A DNA stretch of 64,000 nucleotides from Candidatus Margulisiibacteriota bacterium. GTDB lineage: Bacteria; Margulisbacteria; WOR-1; O2-12-FULL-45-9; XYB2-FULL-48-7. Location of the stretch: NCBI GenBank assembly GCA_018822365.1, contig JAHJKL010000042.1, positions 1,077-65,076 on the forward strand. Reading direction: 5' to 3'. A model generated the notes under the pieces. The model made no database searches. It saw only the letters and a program-made list of their open reading frames with translations, and was not told the origin of the DNA. Positions 29,015-38,716 of the stretch are shown here, one piece after another. Each line of letters opens with the position of its first letter. The first letter of the stretch is position 1. Made by a program: the position numbers and the translations under genes.

Positions 29015-29641
29015 ATGAAAAGAAATATTATTCTTCTTCTGTTGGTTATTCCATTGATTAGCAGCTGTGCTAATCCCCCGGTTGAGATCGACAGTTATCA
29101 GCCGGTGAATAGATCGGCAAATGAAAAGATCGAACCCTTGAACAATCTATTATCGATCAAACATGACAATGCTGATTATGCCGTAACCGCTTTTTTGACC
29201 GGCGCGGAAAACGTTGTGGTCGTTTATTTGAAGATCGAAAATAAGACCGGTTCAGACCTGACCGCGGCAGACTACTCGGTCAAACTGACCGATGGCCGGG
29301 ATCGGTTGCCGCTGCAGCTGATCTCGCGGGAAGTAGTGATAGCTTATCGCGCGAGGGAAGAGGGGCATAAGATCGAAAGCGGCAACCCGATGGTCGATCT
29401 TGCCCTCTCACAATTGGGAAACATCACCCGGTCAATGGGCTCCAGCCAGCTTGCTCAATTCCTTAGATCGATCGACTGGGCAATTGAACATTATTTTGCC
29501 TTCAGGCCGATCTATGCTCACCAAACACGAGAAGGGGTTTTGTGCTATTCAGCCAATTTTATCCGCGAATACCCGCTTACTCTGGAGGTCATTATTAATG
29601 ACCTAACGATCGATTTCGATTTTCAACTGATCTTGAAATAA
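29015..29641 (+). CDS. putative lipoprotein
   Basis: Signal peptide with lipobox LISSC. The start was set at ATG 29015 (MKRNIILLL). Confidence 0.5.
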   Translation: MKRNIILLLLVIPLISSCANPPVEIDSYQPVNRSANEKIEPLNNLLSIKHDNADYAVTAFLTGAENVVVVYLKIENKTGSDLTAADYSVKLTDGRDRLPLQLISREVVIAYRAREEGHKIESGNPMVDLALSQLGNITRSMGSSQLAQFLRSIDWAIEHYFAFRPIYAHQTREGVLCYSANFIREYPLTLEVIINDLTIDFDFQLILK

Positions 29642-29670
29642 CTATTTTCCCCATCCTTGGTAATACAAAT

Positions 29671-30069
29671 TTATTTCTGTCCCGTAAGCGCCCGATTGAC
29701 CGCGATCATTATGCTCATGCTGCTGCCGGAGGCGCCGGTCACCGCGTCAACCTTAGGAGATTGCGCCTTAATAATACGATCAACTGTTTCTAATGCTTCA
29801 TAACCAGGGCCGCACCGCTGGTCAACGACCTTGATCTCGCGAATGGCATGTTTATTAACCGTCACTTCAACTTTGACATAAACCAGGAAATCCCCAAAAC
29901 TGCCGGAATATTTTCCATCGGCCAGCTGGGCAAGATTAACCGTTGTAATTTGCCGGTATTGGCTGGCAACATTTTTAGCCATCATCGTGAATCGGACAAA
30001 AAAGACCCCAACAACACAAACGATCACCAACAAGATGATCCCCAATATTTTTCCGATTTTCTTTAACAT
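29671..30069 (-). CDS. membrane-anchored FMN-binding domain protein
   Basis: N-terminal TM and a C-terminal FMN_bind-type motif DAVTGASGSS. Confidence 0.55.
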   Translation of the reverse strand: MLKKIGKILGIILLVIVCVVGVFFVRFTMMAKNVASQYRQITTVNLAQLADGKYSGSFGDFLVYVKVEVTVNKHAIREIKVVDQRCGPGYEALETVDRIIKAQSPKVDAVTGASGSSMSIMIAVNRALTGQK

Positions 30070-30087
30070 AATATCCCTCCTGACTTA

Positions 30088-31689
30088 TTACTTTAACAGG
30101 TTCCCATCCAGGAACGATTTGAGCAGCAGATCGGTCGAATCAACCAAGCCGCATGAATCATATTCAGTTTTGTCATAATATTCAATTATCCGTTCGCGGT
30201 GTTCAAGCCCCAGGACCTTGCCAAGCTGGACCCCTTCCTGATCAAAGCTGTTTATCCCCCAGATAAAACCTTTCACCGCGGTCCGGTGTTCGGTCCAGGC
30301 GAGCAGGAGCCCGGCGGTGAAGGGGGTCAGCGCCTCAAGCAGTAGGGATGAAGAAGGCCGGTTTCCCGGGAAAACTTTGGCGGGATTGCTGTCATCCTTG
30401 CCAAAAGCCAGCGCATCCGGTTGGGCAAAGAAGTTGGTCATCAGCTCTTCATGATGCGTCACCCTGGTTGTGGGATCTTTATCATACTGGTACTGCGGGG
30501 TGATGAATCCAATAAAGTCGCACGGGACGATCTGCGTCCCCTGGTGAAGAAGCTGATAAAATGAATGCTGGCCGTTGGTCCCTGGTTCACCAAAAACTAT
30601 TTCGCCGGTGGCAAACTTCAATTTATTCCCGTCCAGGTCAACCGATTTGCCATTGCTTTCCATCTCCACCTGCTGGGTATGGGCAGCCAGTTTGGCCAAC
30701 CCCTGGGAATATGGCAAGAGAGCTCGGGTTTTGAAGCCCAGGAAGTTGATGTTCCAAATATCGAGCAGGGCAGAAAGGATGGGAATATTCTTTTCGATCG
30801 GGGCATTAAGAAAGTGGGTATCCAGCCAAAAGGCCCCTTCAAGTATGTATTGAACATTTTCAAAGCCGAGGTAAAGAGAAAGAGGGAGAAGCCCGACCGC
30901 GGAAGTCGCGCTGAAACGGCCGCCGACCCAATCCCAAAAGCCGAACATGTTGGCCGGATCAATCCCGAATGTTTCAACCTTATCTTTAGCGGTGGAGACC
31001 GCGACAAAATGCTTCTTGATCGATTCGGGATGATCTTTTAAGCCGGCCAGGACCCATTTTTTGGCGGTCCGGGCGTTATGCATCGTTTCCGCGGTCGTAA
31101 ATGTTTTAGAAACAACGATCACCATGGTCTCTTCAGGATCAAGCCCGGAGATCTTTTCCTCAAAATCGGTCCCGTCAATATTAGCAATAAAAAGCAAATT
31201 CATCCCTGGCTGAGCGTAGGGGCGCAGGGCGACGGCCAGGTATTCTGGCCCCAGGTATGAGCCGCCGATCCCGATCGAAACAATGTTCCTCAGTTTTTTT
31301 CCGGTCACACCGGTCCGCGCGCCGGAAAGGATCTCACCAGAGAATTGTTCGATCTTCTTCAGGACCGCAGCTACCTCCGGCATGACATCCTTTCGGTTGC
31401 GCAGGGCCACGTGAAGGACTCCTCGGTTTTCGGTCCTATTGATCTTTTCCCCGGAAAACATCGCCTGGATCTTGCCGGACAAGTTTTGTTCTGTGGCAAG
31501 AGAGGCTAGGAGTTGAACGGTTTCTTCGGTCACCCTCTGGCGGGAAAAATCATAATAGAGATGTTCGGTCCTGACCGAAAACTTGTGCCCGCGACGCGGA
31601 TCAGCGTCAAAAAGCTCGCGCAGATGCTTTTGTCCAATCTCCTTATAATGCTTCGCCAGTTTTTTATAAGCTTTGGCTTGGTTGAACAT
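30088..31689 (-). CDS. pgi: glucose-6-phosphate isomerase
   Basis: PGI signatures (GGRFS, the region around the catalytic Glu/His) and full length. Confidence 0.9.
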   Translation of the reverse strand: MFNQAKAYKKLAKHYKEIGQKHLRELFDADPRRGHKFSVRTEHLYYDFSRQRVTEETVQLLASLATEQNLSGKIQAMFSGEKINRTENRGVLHVALRNRKDVMPEVAAVLKKIEQFSGEILSGARTGVTGKKLRNIVSIGIGGSYLGPEYLAVALRPYAQPGMNLLFIANIDGTDFEEKISGLDPEETMVIVVSKTFTTAETMHNARTAKKWVLAGLKDHPESIKKHFVAVSTAKDKVETFGIDPANMFGFWDWVGGRFSATSAVGLLPLSLYLGFENVQYILEGAFWLDTHFLNAPIEKNIPILSALLDIWNINFLGFKTRALLPYSQGLAKLAAHTQQVEMESNGKSVDLDGNKLKFATGEIVFGEPGTNGQHSFYQLLHQGTQIVPCDFIGFITPQYQYDKDPTTRVTHHEELMTNFFAQPDALAFGKDDSNPAKVFPGNRPSSSLLLEALTPFTAGLLLAWTEHRTAVKGFIWGINSFDQEGVQLGKVLGLEHRERIIEYYDKTEYDSCGLVDSTDLLLKSFLDGNLLK

Positions 31690-31691
31690 AT

Positions 31692-33341
31692 TTATACTCC
31701 TATTTTATTGAAAGCATTCGAAACAATCTGCTTCGCTTCTTCAAAGATCTTATTAAGATGGTCGGCTCCCAAAAAACTTTCAGCGTAGAGCTTGTAAATA
31801 TCTTCGGTCCCGGAGGGACGAGCGGCAAACCAGCCATTCTCGGTCGTCACCTTGAGACCGCCGATCTCGGCATTGTTCCCCGGCGCGCGGGTCAGTTTGG
31901 CGGTGATCGGCTCGCCGGCCAAAGTAGTGGCGGTCACCAGCTCCGGTGATAACTTCTGTAAAATCACTTTTTGCCTGGCATCGGCCGGGGCATCGATCCG
32001 CTCGTAGACCGGCGCGCCAAAGAGGGCGGTCAGTTCCTGGTAATGGACTCCCGGGTCTTTGCCGGTTACAGCTAGGATCTCGGCCGCCAGCAGGTCCATA
32101 ATAAAGCCATCTTTATCGGTCGTCCAAACGGTCCCATCCTGGCGGAGGAACGAGGCGCCGGCGCTCTCTTCACCCCCAAAGCCAAAACTACCTTTGAGCA
32201 ACCCCTCAACAAACCACTTGAACCCGACCGGAACCTCCATCAGTGGGCGACCCATTTTATTCGCCACCCGGTCGATCAGGCTACTGCTGACCAAGGTTTT
32301 GCCGATCGCTGCGGCCGCCAGCCACTTTGGCCGATGTTGGAAGAGGTACCAAATCGCCACCGCCAGGTAGTGGTTCGGGTTCATCAATCCGGAGGAGGGG
32401 GTGACGATTCCATGTCGGTCAAAATCGGTGTCATTGCCAAAAGCAATGTCATATTTATCTTTTAGTTTTACCAGGCTAGCCATCGCGTAAGGAGACGAAC
32501 AATCCATCCGAATTTTTCCATCACGGTCAACGGTCATAAAACTAAATGATTTGTCTACCTCCTGGTTGACGACCTCGATCTTCAGTCCATACTTTTCAGC
32601 GATCGGACGCCAATAATTAACACCAGCGCCCCCCATCGGGTCGGCCCCAATTGAGAGGTCGGATGCTTTGATCGCTTCCATATTAATGATGTTTCCCAGG
32701 TCATTTACATATGGGGTGATGAAATCATAAAGCCGTGTAGTCGAAGTTTTAATAGCCGTTTCATAGGCAAGGCGCTTAACATTCCGGTTCTTTTTCTGAA
32801 GGTGATCATTTGCCCGTTCCTCGATCCATTTCGTCACCTTGGTATCGGCCGGTCCGCCATGGGTCGGATTGTACTTGAAGCCGCCATCTTGCGGCGGGTT
32901 GTGAGAAGGGGTAATAACAATGCCGTCAGCCAGCAAGGTCCTTTTCCCCCGATTATATTTCAAAATTGCATGGGAGATGACCGGGGTCGGGGTATAACCG
33001 TCATTTTCCTGAATAAAGACCGCGACTCCATTGGCCGATAAGACTTCAAGGGTGGTTCTTTGGGCCGGATCAGACAGAGCGTGGGTATCTTTTCCAATAT
33101 ATAGAGGCCCGTTAATCCCGTTTTCCTGCCGGTAATCGCAGATTGCCTGAGTCACGGCCAAAATATGATCTTCATTAAAACTGTTCTTCAGCGAGGAACC
33201 ACGGTGTCCAGAGGTCCCAAAAGCAACCCTTTGTGATGGATCATTTGGCTCCGGGTGATCGGAGTAATATCGCTCGACCAGTTTATCGGGATCGACCAGG
33301 ATCGAAGCGGGAGCTTTTTTACCGGCTAATGGACTTAACAT
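31692..33341 (-). CDS. pgm: phosphoglucomutase, alpha-D-glucose phosphate-specific
   Basis: Motifs FGTSGHRG and GGPADT; length about 549 aa. Confidence 0.9.
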   Translation of the reverse strand: MLSPLAGKKAPASILVDPDKLVERYYSDHPEPNDPSQRVAFGTSGHRGSSLKNSFNEDHILAVTQAICDYRQENGINGPLYIGKDTHALSDPAQRTTLEVLSANGVAVFIQENDGYTPTPVISHAILKYNRGKRTLLADGIVITPSHNPPQDGGFKYNPTHGGPADTKVTKWIEERANDHLQKKNRNVKRLAYETAIKTSTTRLYDFITPYVNDLGNIINMEAIKASDLSIGADPMGGAGVNYWRPIAEKYGLKIEVVNQEVDKSFSFMTVDRDGKIRMDCSSPYAMASLVKLKDKYDIAFGNDTDFDRHGIVTPSSGLMNPNHYLAVAIWYLFQHRPKWLAAAAIGKTLVSSSLIDRVANKMGRPLMEVPVGFKWFVEGLLKGSFGFGGEESAGASFLRQDGTVWTTDKDGFIMDLLAAEILAVTGKDPGVHYQELTALFGAPVYERIDAPADARQKVILQKLSPELVTATTLAGEPITAKLTRAPGNNAEIGGLKVTTENGWFAARPSGTEDIYKLYAESFLGADHLNKIFEEAKQIVSNAFNKIGV

Positions 33342-33472
33342 ATTGGCCTATTATACCAATAACCAGGATTTTCAGCTATAATGATTATTATCATGAAAGG
33401 TCAAATGCCGAGGACAAAAGCGCCTAAACTTATCCAGAGGCCGACTAAGCCGATCATTAAGGAGAAAAAACC

Positions 33473-34201
33473 GTGGGCGAAACCGTCAACTTTTCAGGGA
33501 TCAAAGTAGACAACGTCACGCTGGCGGAAGCGGTCGCCAGGGTTGAAAGCCTGATCGCCGCCGGTAAGCCAAGTCTGGTCGTTACCCCGAACCCGGAAAT
33601 GATCGTCGCCGCACAGGAAGACGTGGAACTGCGCGCCCTCATCAACGGCGCCGACCTTCGCGTCCCGGACGGGATCAGCATGGTGGTCGTAAAAAAGATC
33701 CTGGGCGACCCCTTAAAAGAACGGGTTTCCGGAATCGACCTTATGCAACAACTTTTAATGGTTTCAGCCAGTAAAGGGTACAAAGTTTTCTTTTTCGGCA
33801 GTTCTCCGGGGATCGCTGAAGCGGCCGCCGTTCAAGCGGCTAAGAATTATCCCGGCCTAAAAGTTGTCGGCTCTCAACATGGTTATTTTCGACAGGAAGA
33901 GGAGGCCAAGATCATCGAAAAGATAAAGGGCGCCAAACCAGACCTTCTGTTTGTCGGCCTTGGCGCCGGCCGTCAGGAAAAATGGCTTGCCGCCAACCTA
34001 ACATTGTTAGGGACACCGGTCGGGATGGGTATCGGCGGGAGTCTCGACGCCATTTCAGGAAAAGTAAAACGAGCCCCGGTTCTGGCGCAGAAGTTATATA
34101 TCGAATGGCTCTACCGCCTGCTTCAGCAGCCGTGGCGCTGGCGGCGGCAGATCGCTTTGATCAGGTTCCTGATCCTGATGTTTTTCCCAAGGAAAAAATG
34201 A
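33473..34201 (+). CDS. WecB/TagA/CpsF-family glycosyltransferase (N-acetylmannosaminyltransferase-like)
   Basis: Family-typical N-terminus (VDNVTLAEAV...) and length. GTG start with an AAGGAG RBS. Confidence 0.75.
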   Translation: MGETVNFSGIKVDNVTLAEAVARVESLIAAGKPSLVVTPNPEMIVAAQEDVELRALINGADLRVPDGISMVVVKKILGDPLKERVSGIDLMQQLLMVSASKGYKVFFFGSSPGIAEAAAVQAAKNYPGLKVVGSQHGYFRQEEEAKIIEKIKGAKPDLLFVGLGAGRQEKWLAANLTLLGTPVGMGIGGSLDAISGKVKRAPVLAQKLYIEWLYRLLQQPWRWRRQIALIRFLILMFFPRKK

Positions 34202-35994
34202 CAGATTTCCTACCGACCGGCAAACACGACCTGCGCAAGCGGGGGATCGAACAGCTGGACATTATCCTGGTCAGCGGCGACGCGTACATCGACCATCCCA
34301 GCTTTGGTCCGGTCCTGATCGCCAGATACCTGGAAGCGCACGGCTTCAAGGTAGGGGTCATCGCCCAGCCTGATTGGAACAAAGACGACGACTTCATGAA
34401 GCTCGGCGCGCCGCGGCTTTTCTTCGGCGTCTCCTCCGGCAACCTTGATTCGATGGTCGCCAACTACACCGCCGACAACAAGATCCGCCGGACCGACATG
34501 TACACTCCGGGAAATGCCGGCGGCAAACGGCCGAACCGGGCGACGATAGTTTACACCAGTAAACTAAAAGGGCTCTTTCCCGGCGTTCCGGTCGTCCTTG
34601 GCGGAGTGGAAGCCAGTCTCCGCCGTTTCGCCCATTACGACTACTGGGACGATAAAGTCAGGCGCTCTTTGATCTTTGACACCAAAGCCGACTACCTGAC
34701 TTACGGTATGAGCGAGAAAGGGATACTAGGGATTGCTCAACAAATCCAAGCCTCTTTGGAACCTGCGACTGAACGTCGCGGTTCCATAACCGAGGCGTTC
34801 AGCCTCGGTTCACATCATTTGCATGAAATTCCCAACACCGCCATTGTTGTTAAAGATATCTCCAAATATAAAGGCCCGCTAATCCTGCCAAGCTATGAAG
34901 AGGTCGCGGCGGATAAAAATAAATACGCCGAGGCTTTTAAGCTCTATTATCTTGAGGGACGCAAAAAACATCCCAGGATAATTATCCAGCCGTGCCAGGG
35001 GAGATACCTGGTGGTTTTCCCGCCGCAAAACCTGACCGGTCAAGAACTGGACGCGCTAATGGAATTGCCATTTGTCAGGGCGCCGCATCCTTCATATAAA
35101 GAAAAGATCCCGGCCTGGGACTTTGTTAAGTTTTCGACCGTTTCCCACCGCGGTTGTTTCGGCGGCTGTTCTTTCTGCGCCATCTCCCAGCATCAGGGGA
35201 AATATATCACCAGCCGCTCCGGCGAATCGATCAAGCGTGAAATTACTAACACCATTATGAAACAGCCCGATTTTACCGGCAACATCCTCGACGTTGGCGG
35301 TCCGACCGCCAACATGTACGGGATGTCTTGTAAAAAAGAAGAGGGGTGCCCCCGGGCAAGCTGTATTTATCCCAATGTCTGTCCGCATCTCGACGCCTCG
35401 CTCAAGCCGGCGCTAAGTCTCTTGCGGACGATCCGCCAGATCCCCGGAGTAAAAAAACTCTATATTGGCTCAGGTATCCGCTATGACCTCGCCCTGTTAG
35501 ACGACGAATATATCAGCGAGATCGCCAAACACCACGTTGGCGGCCAGTTAAGCGTCGCGCCCGAGCATGTTTGTGAAGAGGTCCTGTTAATGATGGGAAA
35601 ACCGAAGATCAATAAGTTTCTTGAGTTCAAAGAAAAATTCGACGCGGCCAACCGCCGCCATAATAAAGAGCAGTTCCTGATCCCATACTTTATATCGTCA
35701 CACCCGGGGAGCACGCTGAACCACGCGCTGGAACTGGCGCTTTTTCTGGAGAAGCATAACATCAGGATCGAGCAGGTCCAAAACTTTACCCCATCACCGA
35801 TGACCGTTTCAACCTGTATGTATTACACCGGGATCGATCCGTTCACCGGCAAAGCGGTCCATATTCCCAAAGGTGAGGAGCGGACTTTGCAAAAGGCTCT
35901 ATTGCAACCACATCAGGAAAAGAACCGGCTGAAAGTCGGCAAAGCGCTAAGGATCCTGGGGAAGAACAAGTACTTTAACGAATTGACTAGTTGA
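34198..35994 (+). CDS. ygiQ: YgiQ-family radical SAM protein (UPF0313)
   Basis: N-terminal LDIILVSGDAYIDHPSFG and a CxxxCxxC-type cluster (CFGGCSFC). The start was set at ATG 34198, overlapping the tagA stop (ATGA). Confidence 0.85.
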   Translation: MTDFLPTGKHDLRKRGIEQLDIILVSGDAYIDHPSFGPVLIARYLEAHGFKVGVIAQPDWNKDDDFMKLGAPRLFFGVSSGNLDSMVANYTADNKIRRTDMYTPGNAGGKRPNRATIVYTSKLKGLFPGVPVVLGGVEASLRRFAHYDYWDDKVRRSLIFDTKADYLTYGMSEKGILGIAQQIQASLEPATERRGSITEAFSLGSHHLHEIPNTAIVVKDISKYKGPLILPSYEEVAADKNKYAEAFKLYYLEGRKKHPRIIIQPCQGRYLVVFPPQNLTGQELDALMELPFVRAPHPSYKEKIPAWDFVKFSTVSHRGCFGGCSFCAISQHQGKYITSRSGESIKREITNTIMKQPDFTGNILDVGGPTANMYGMSCKKEEGCPRASCIYPNVCPHLDASLKPALSLLRTIRQIPGVKKLYIGSGIRYDLALLDDEYISEIAKHHVGGQLSVAPEHVCEEVLLMMGKPKINKFLEFKEKFDAANRRHNKEQFLIPYFISSHPGSTLNHALELALFLEKHNIRIEQVQNFTPSPMTVSTCMYYTGIDPFTGKAVHIPKGEERTLQKALLQPHQEKNRLKVGKALRILGKNKYFNELTS

Positions 35995-36004
35995 GTCATT
36001 GCTC

Positions 36005-36028
36005 AACCGCGCATTTAAATGCGCGGTT
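36005..36028. repeat. perfect palindrome AACCGCGCAT-TTAA-ATGCGCGGTT (family copy B)
   Basis: Read directly. It lies 10 bp past the ygiQ stop and is followed by TATATTTG. Confidence 0.85.
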
Positions 36029-36070
36029 ATATTTGAAAATGAAAATTGGTATGCTATTATTCCATTGAAA

Positions 36071-36133
36071 ATGTAGGGCAAGGCCTTGTGCCTTGCCGAA
36101 TAAACGGACAGCCACAAGGGCTGTCCCTACATT
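36071..36133 (+). other. structured element: outer stem AUGUAGGG/CCCUACAU enclosing two 8-bp hairpins (GGCAAGGC-cuugu-GCCUUGCC; GGACAGCC-acaag-GGCUGUCC)
   Basis: Inverted repeats read from the sequence. The two loops are reverse complements of each other. It ends 8 bp before the RBS AGAGGTGG of the next gene. Confidence 0.6.
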
Positions 36134-36152
36134 TGTCCCAAAGAGGTGGACC

Positions 36153-36677
36153 ATGAAAAAGAAAACTAAAAAAAGCCCTAAAAAATCGGCCGCGAAAAAG
36201 AAAATCACAAAAAAAACCGTTAAACCAAAAGGGCCAAAGGTTATTGGGAAGATCATTCACATTTATGACAAAATATCCGTTGCGATAATTAAAGTCCAGT
36301 CACCCCTCAAAGTCGGCGATTATATCCAGATCAAGGGGAAAACCACCGATTTCAAGCAAAAAGTCGACTCGATCCAGATCAACCATAAAAATGTACCAAT
36401 GGTCAATAAAGGAGCGGAGATCGGCTTAAAGGTAGGGAGCCAGGTCAGGGAAAATGATATTGTCTACGCCGCCGAACCAGAAACGCATCTTACTGTTCAG
36501 CCGGCTTCTCAACTCCCAATGACAACGATCAAACCAATCAGTTTTCAACAACCAAAACCCGGTTTTATAGCAAAACCCGCAGTATCGCCAAAGCCAACAG
36601 AACAATCCAAGCCTGTCATGCCACCACCAACAAAACCGAATAATCCTTACGACAGTACGAAGTTCTTGAAGTTTTAA
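36153..36677 (+). CDS. lysine-rich (histone H1-like N-terminus) protein with an IF2-C2/EF-Tu-domain-2-like beta-barrel and a Pro-rich tail
   Basis: The start was set at ATG 36153 with a good RBS. A KK(S/T)AAKKK tract, then a barrel-like segment VDSIQINHKNVPMVNKGAEIGLKV, then a PKPTEQSKPVMPPPTKP tail. Confidence 0.5.
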   Translation: MKKKTKKSPKKSAAKKKITKKTVKPKGPKVIGKIIHIYDKISVAIIKVQSPLKVGDYIQIKGKTTDFKQKVDSIQINHKNVPMVNKGAEIGLKVGSQVRENDIVYAAEPETHLTVQPASQLPMTTIKPISFQQPKPGFIAKPAVSPKPTEQSKPVMPPPTKPNNPYDSTKFLKF

Positions 36678-37180
36678 GATAGGGCGGTAGCGATCGCAGA
36701 TCCGAAACGCCTTGCGTTCTCCGGGCCATCGGCAGTAATTATCTTTCCGTCAACTTCCAACCCCTTGGCGCCATATATTGCGCCGGCTTTTTTCAACCGT
36801 TCCGCTTCACCAGGAAAAACTGTCGCTCTGATCCCCTTTAGTATCCCGGCGATCGCCAGGATCGCCGCGGCAGAACAGATCCCGGCGGTCACTTTGCCGG
36901 CGGAGTGAAAATCGCGGACCAGCTGTTGGACCTGCCGGTCATCATAATAATCATAACAACCTGGGCCACCAACCAGGACTAAGGCCTCATAGTCGCCGAC
37001 TGCGACATCCTTGACAATTTTATCAATATTCACTTTCAAGCCTAATTTACCGGTTGCCGTGCCAGTGCCGGAAGAGGCGACAGTCACCAAGATGCCGTTT
37101 TTCTCCAGCTCTTCTCTGGGCTGCTGATACTCTTCGTCGCGAAAGCCATTAAAAGCGATGATAAAGATAACTTTTTTCAT
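36674..37180 (-). CDS. DJ-1/PfpI-family protein
   Basis: Nucleophile elbow AGICSAA and family length. The start was set at MKKVIF with a GAGGG RBS. Confidence 0.8.
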   Translation of the reverse strand: MKKVIFIIAFNGFRDEEYQQPREELEKNGILVTVASSGTGTATGKLGLKVNIDKIVKDVAVGDYEALVLVGGPGCYDYYDDRQVQQLVRDFHSAGKVTAGICSAAAILAIAGILKGIRATVFPGEAERLKKAGAIYGAKGLEVDGKIITADGPENARRFGSAIATALS

Positions 37181-37231
37181 GATTATTAAACCCTCATCCA
37201 AGTTAAACCAAACAAATACGTCTTCTTTACA

Positions 37232-37304
37232 ACCTTCTCCCAAAGGGAGAAGGAGTGGAACTGCTCATCAACAAACTCTCAACTCCCTCTCCCCCTGGGA
37301 GAGG
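37232..37304. repeat. two related 9-bp-stem hairpins (CCTTCTCCC-aaa-GGGAGAAGG and CCCTCTCCC-cct-GGGAGAGGG), with a third (CTCAC-tcgg-GTGAG) at 37334-37347
   Basis: Read directly. They lie in the 173-bp gap between the S2P stop and the DJ-1 start. Confidence 0.8.
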
Positions 37305-37353
37305 GTTGTTAAGCACCAACTAAACAAACGGTTCTCACTCGGGTGAGGGTTAA

Positions 37354-38493
37354 TTACTTCTCTATCTTTGATCTAAAATCAAGCAGCCGCATGATATCCC
37401 GCTGGGAGAGGATCCCGACCAGTTTACCTTTTTCAATCACCAGCAGGCGGCCAAACTCGTTGTTGGCCATTTTGTTAAGGCATTCAGTGATCTCCGCCTC
37501 TTCATCTATGACCAGTGCGTCGCTTATCGGGATCATAACTTCCCGGACAGTATGCTTAGCCCAATCATCTTGATTGATCTCTTTGATCAAGTGAACGGTC
37601 GCGATCCCAAGTAAATTGTCGTCTTCGATAACCGGAAAAGAGATGTAACGCTGTTTAAGAAAATACTCATTGACCAGTCGGTCGACCGGCAGGGTCGGGG
37701 GAACAGTTATCAGGTCCCGGCTCATCAGGTTTTTTGCTTTGACTCCGGTCAGAAAACGGCGCATCAAGACCTGCCTATAGCTAGCTTCAGCCGACTCCTG
37801 CAGGAAATAGCCGATAAACACAAACCAGATCCCATTGATGAACAGTCCGGAAAACAGGAGGAACAACCCGTATGACATCAGAAAAAAAGCGATCGCCCGG
37901 CCAAACCCGCTGGCGATCATTGTCGCTTTTCTTATGTTTCCTAATATTTGCCATAGTATAGAACGCATGACCCGTCCACCATCAAGGGGAAAACCAGGGA
38001 CCAGGTTAAAGATCCCAACCATCAAATTGACTATAAAAAGGTAGTTGGTCATTGAGATCACGTAGGCGGGAGAGCGGAAGCTGAGCAACGCCTGGGTCAC
38101 GAAGAAAAACGAGAGACCAAGCGCAAAGCTCATTATCGGACCGGCGATCGCCATTTTAAACTCGACCCATGGAGTGTCCGGCTCTTTTGCCAAATGGGCG
38201 ATCCCGCCAAAAATAAAAAGTGTAATCCCGTGGATCGGCAGGTCGTTGTGCATGGCGACCAGCGAATGGGAAAATTCATGCGCCAACAGGGAGGCAAACA
38301 GCAAGAGAGCGGAAATGACCGCCATTAGCAGATAAACCGCGTAGGGGAGGCCGGGGTCGGTCAAAGGAAAATATCCGCTAGCCAAGGTAAAGACGACCAG
38401 TCCCAAAATAATGAACCAGGAAAAATTAATTTCCACCGGGATATCGAACAGCGTTAATATTTTAATTGATCTTTTCATATGTAAATGCATCAA
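37354..38493 (-). CDS. site-2 protease family (M50) zinc metalloprotease with C-terminal CBS pair
   Basis: HEFSHSL (HExxH) inside TM helices; C-terminal CBS domains. Confidence 0.8.
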   Translation of the reverse strand: MMHLHMKRSIKILTLFDIPVEINFSWFIILGLVVFTLASGYFPLTDPGLPYAVYLLMAVISALLLFASLLAHEFSHSLVAMHNDLPIHGITLFIFGGIAHLAKEPDTPWVEFKMAIAGPIMSFALGLSFFFVTQALLSFRSPAYVISMTNYLFIVNLMVGIFNLVPGFPLDGGRVMRSILWQILGNIRKATMIASGFGRAIAFFLMSYGLFLLFSGLFINGIWFVFIGYFLQESAEASYRQVLMRRFLTGVKAKNLMSRDLITVPPTLPVDRLVNEYFLKQRYISFPVIEDDNLLGIATVHLIKEINQDDWAKHTVREVMIPISDALVIDEEAEITECLNKMANNEFGRLLVIEKGKLVGILSQRDIMRLLDFRSKIEK

Positions 38494-38716
38494 TGATGCT
38501 ATAAACCCACAGCAGGATCCCCACGATCGAACCGATCCCTAGGACGATCAGAGTCAGCAGGCCGCTGACCAGCAGGGCCGAATATACCGCTGCCGGAAAA
38601 ACAAAATAAAAGGCAAGCATCAGCTTCAACCCCTTCCTCTTTTCCCCGCGAATTACCTGGCCAAGCCCGACGACCATAAATGAGGCGAGAGCGGCGATCA
38701 GCCTTGACCTGCTCAT
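38462..38716 (-). CDS. small 2-TM membrane protein
   Basis: A hydrophobic ORF bridging the LCP and S2P genes on the same strand. Confidence 0.35.
   Translation of the reverse strand: MSRSRLIAALASFMVVGLGQVIRGEKRKGLKLMLAFYFVFPAAVYSALLVSGLLTLIVLGIGSIVGILLWVYSIIDAFTYEKIN

Noticed and set aside
36093-36152. ORF-track start of the lysine-rich gene at 36093
   Set aside because: That ATG lies inside the hairpin element. ATG 36153 has a good RBS, so it is the preferred start.
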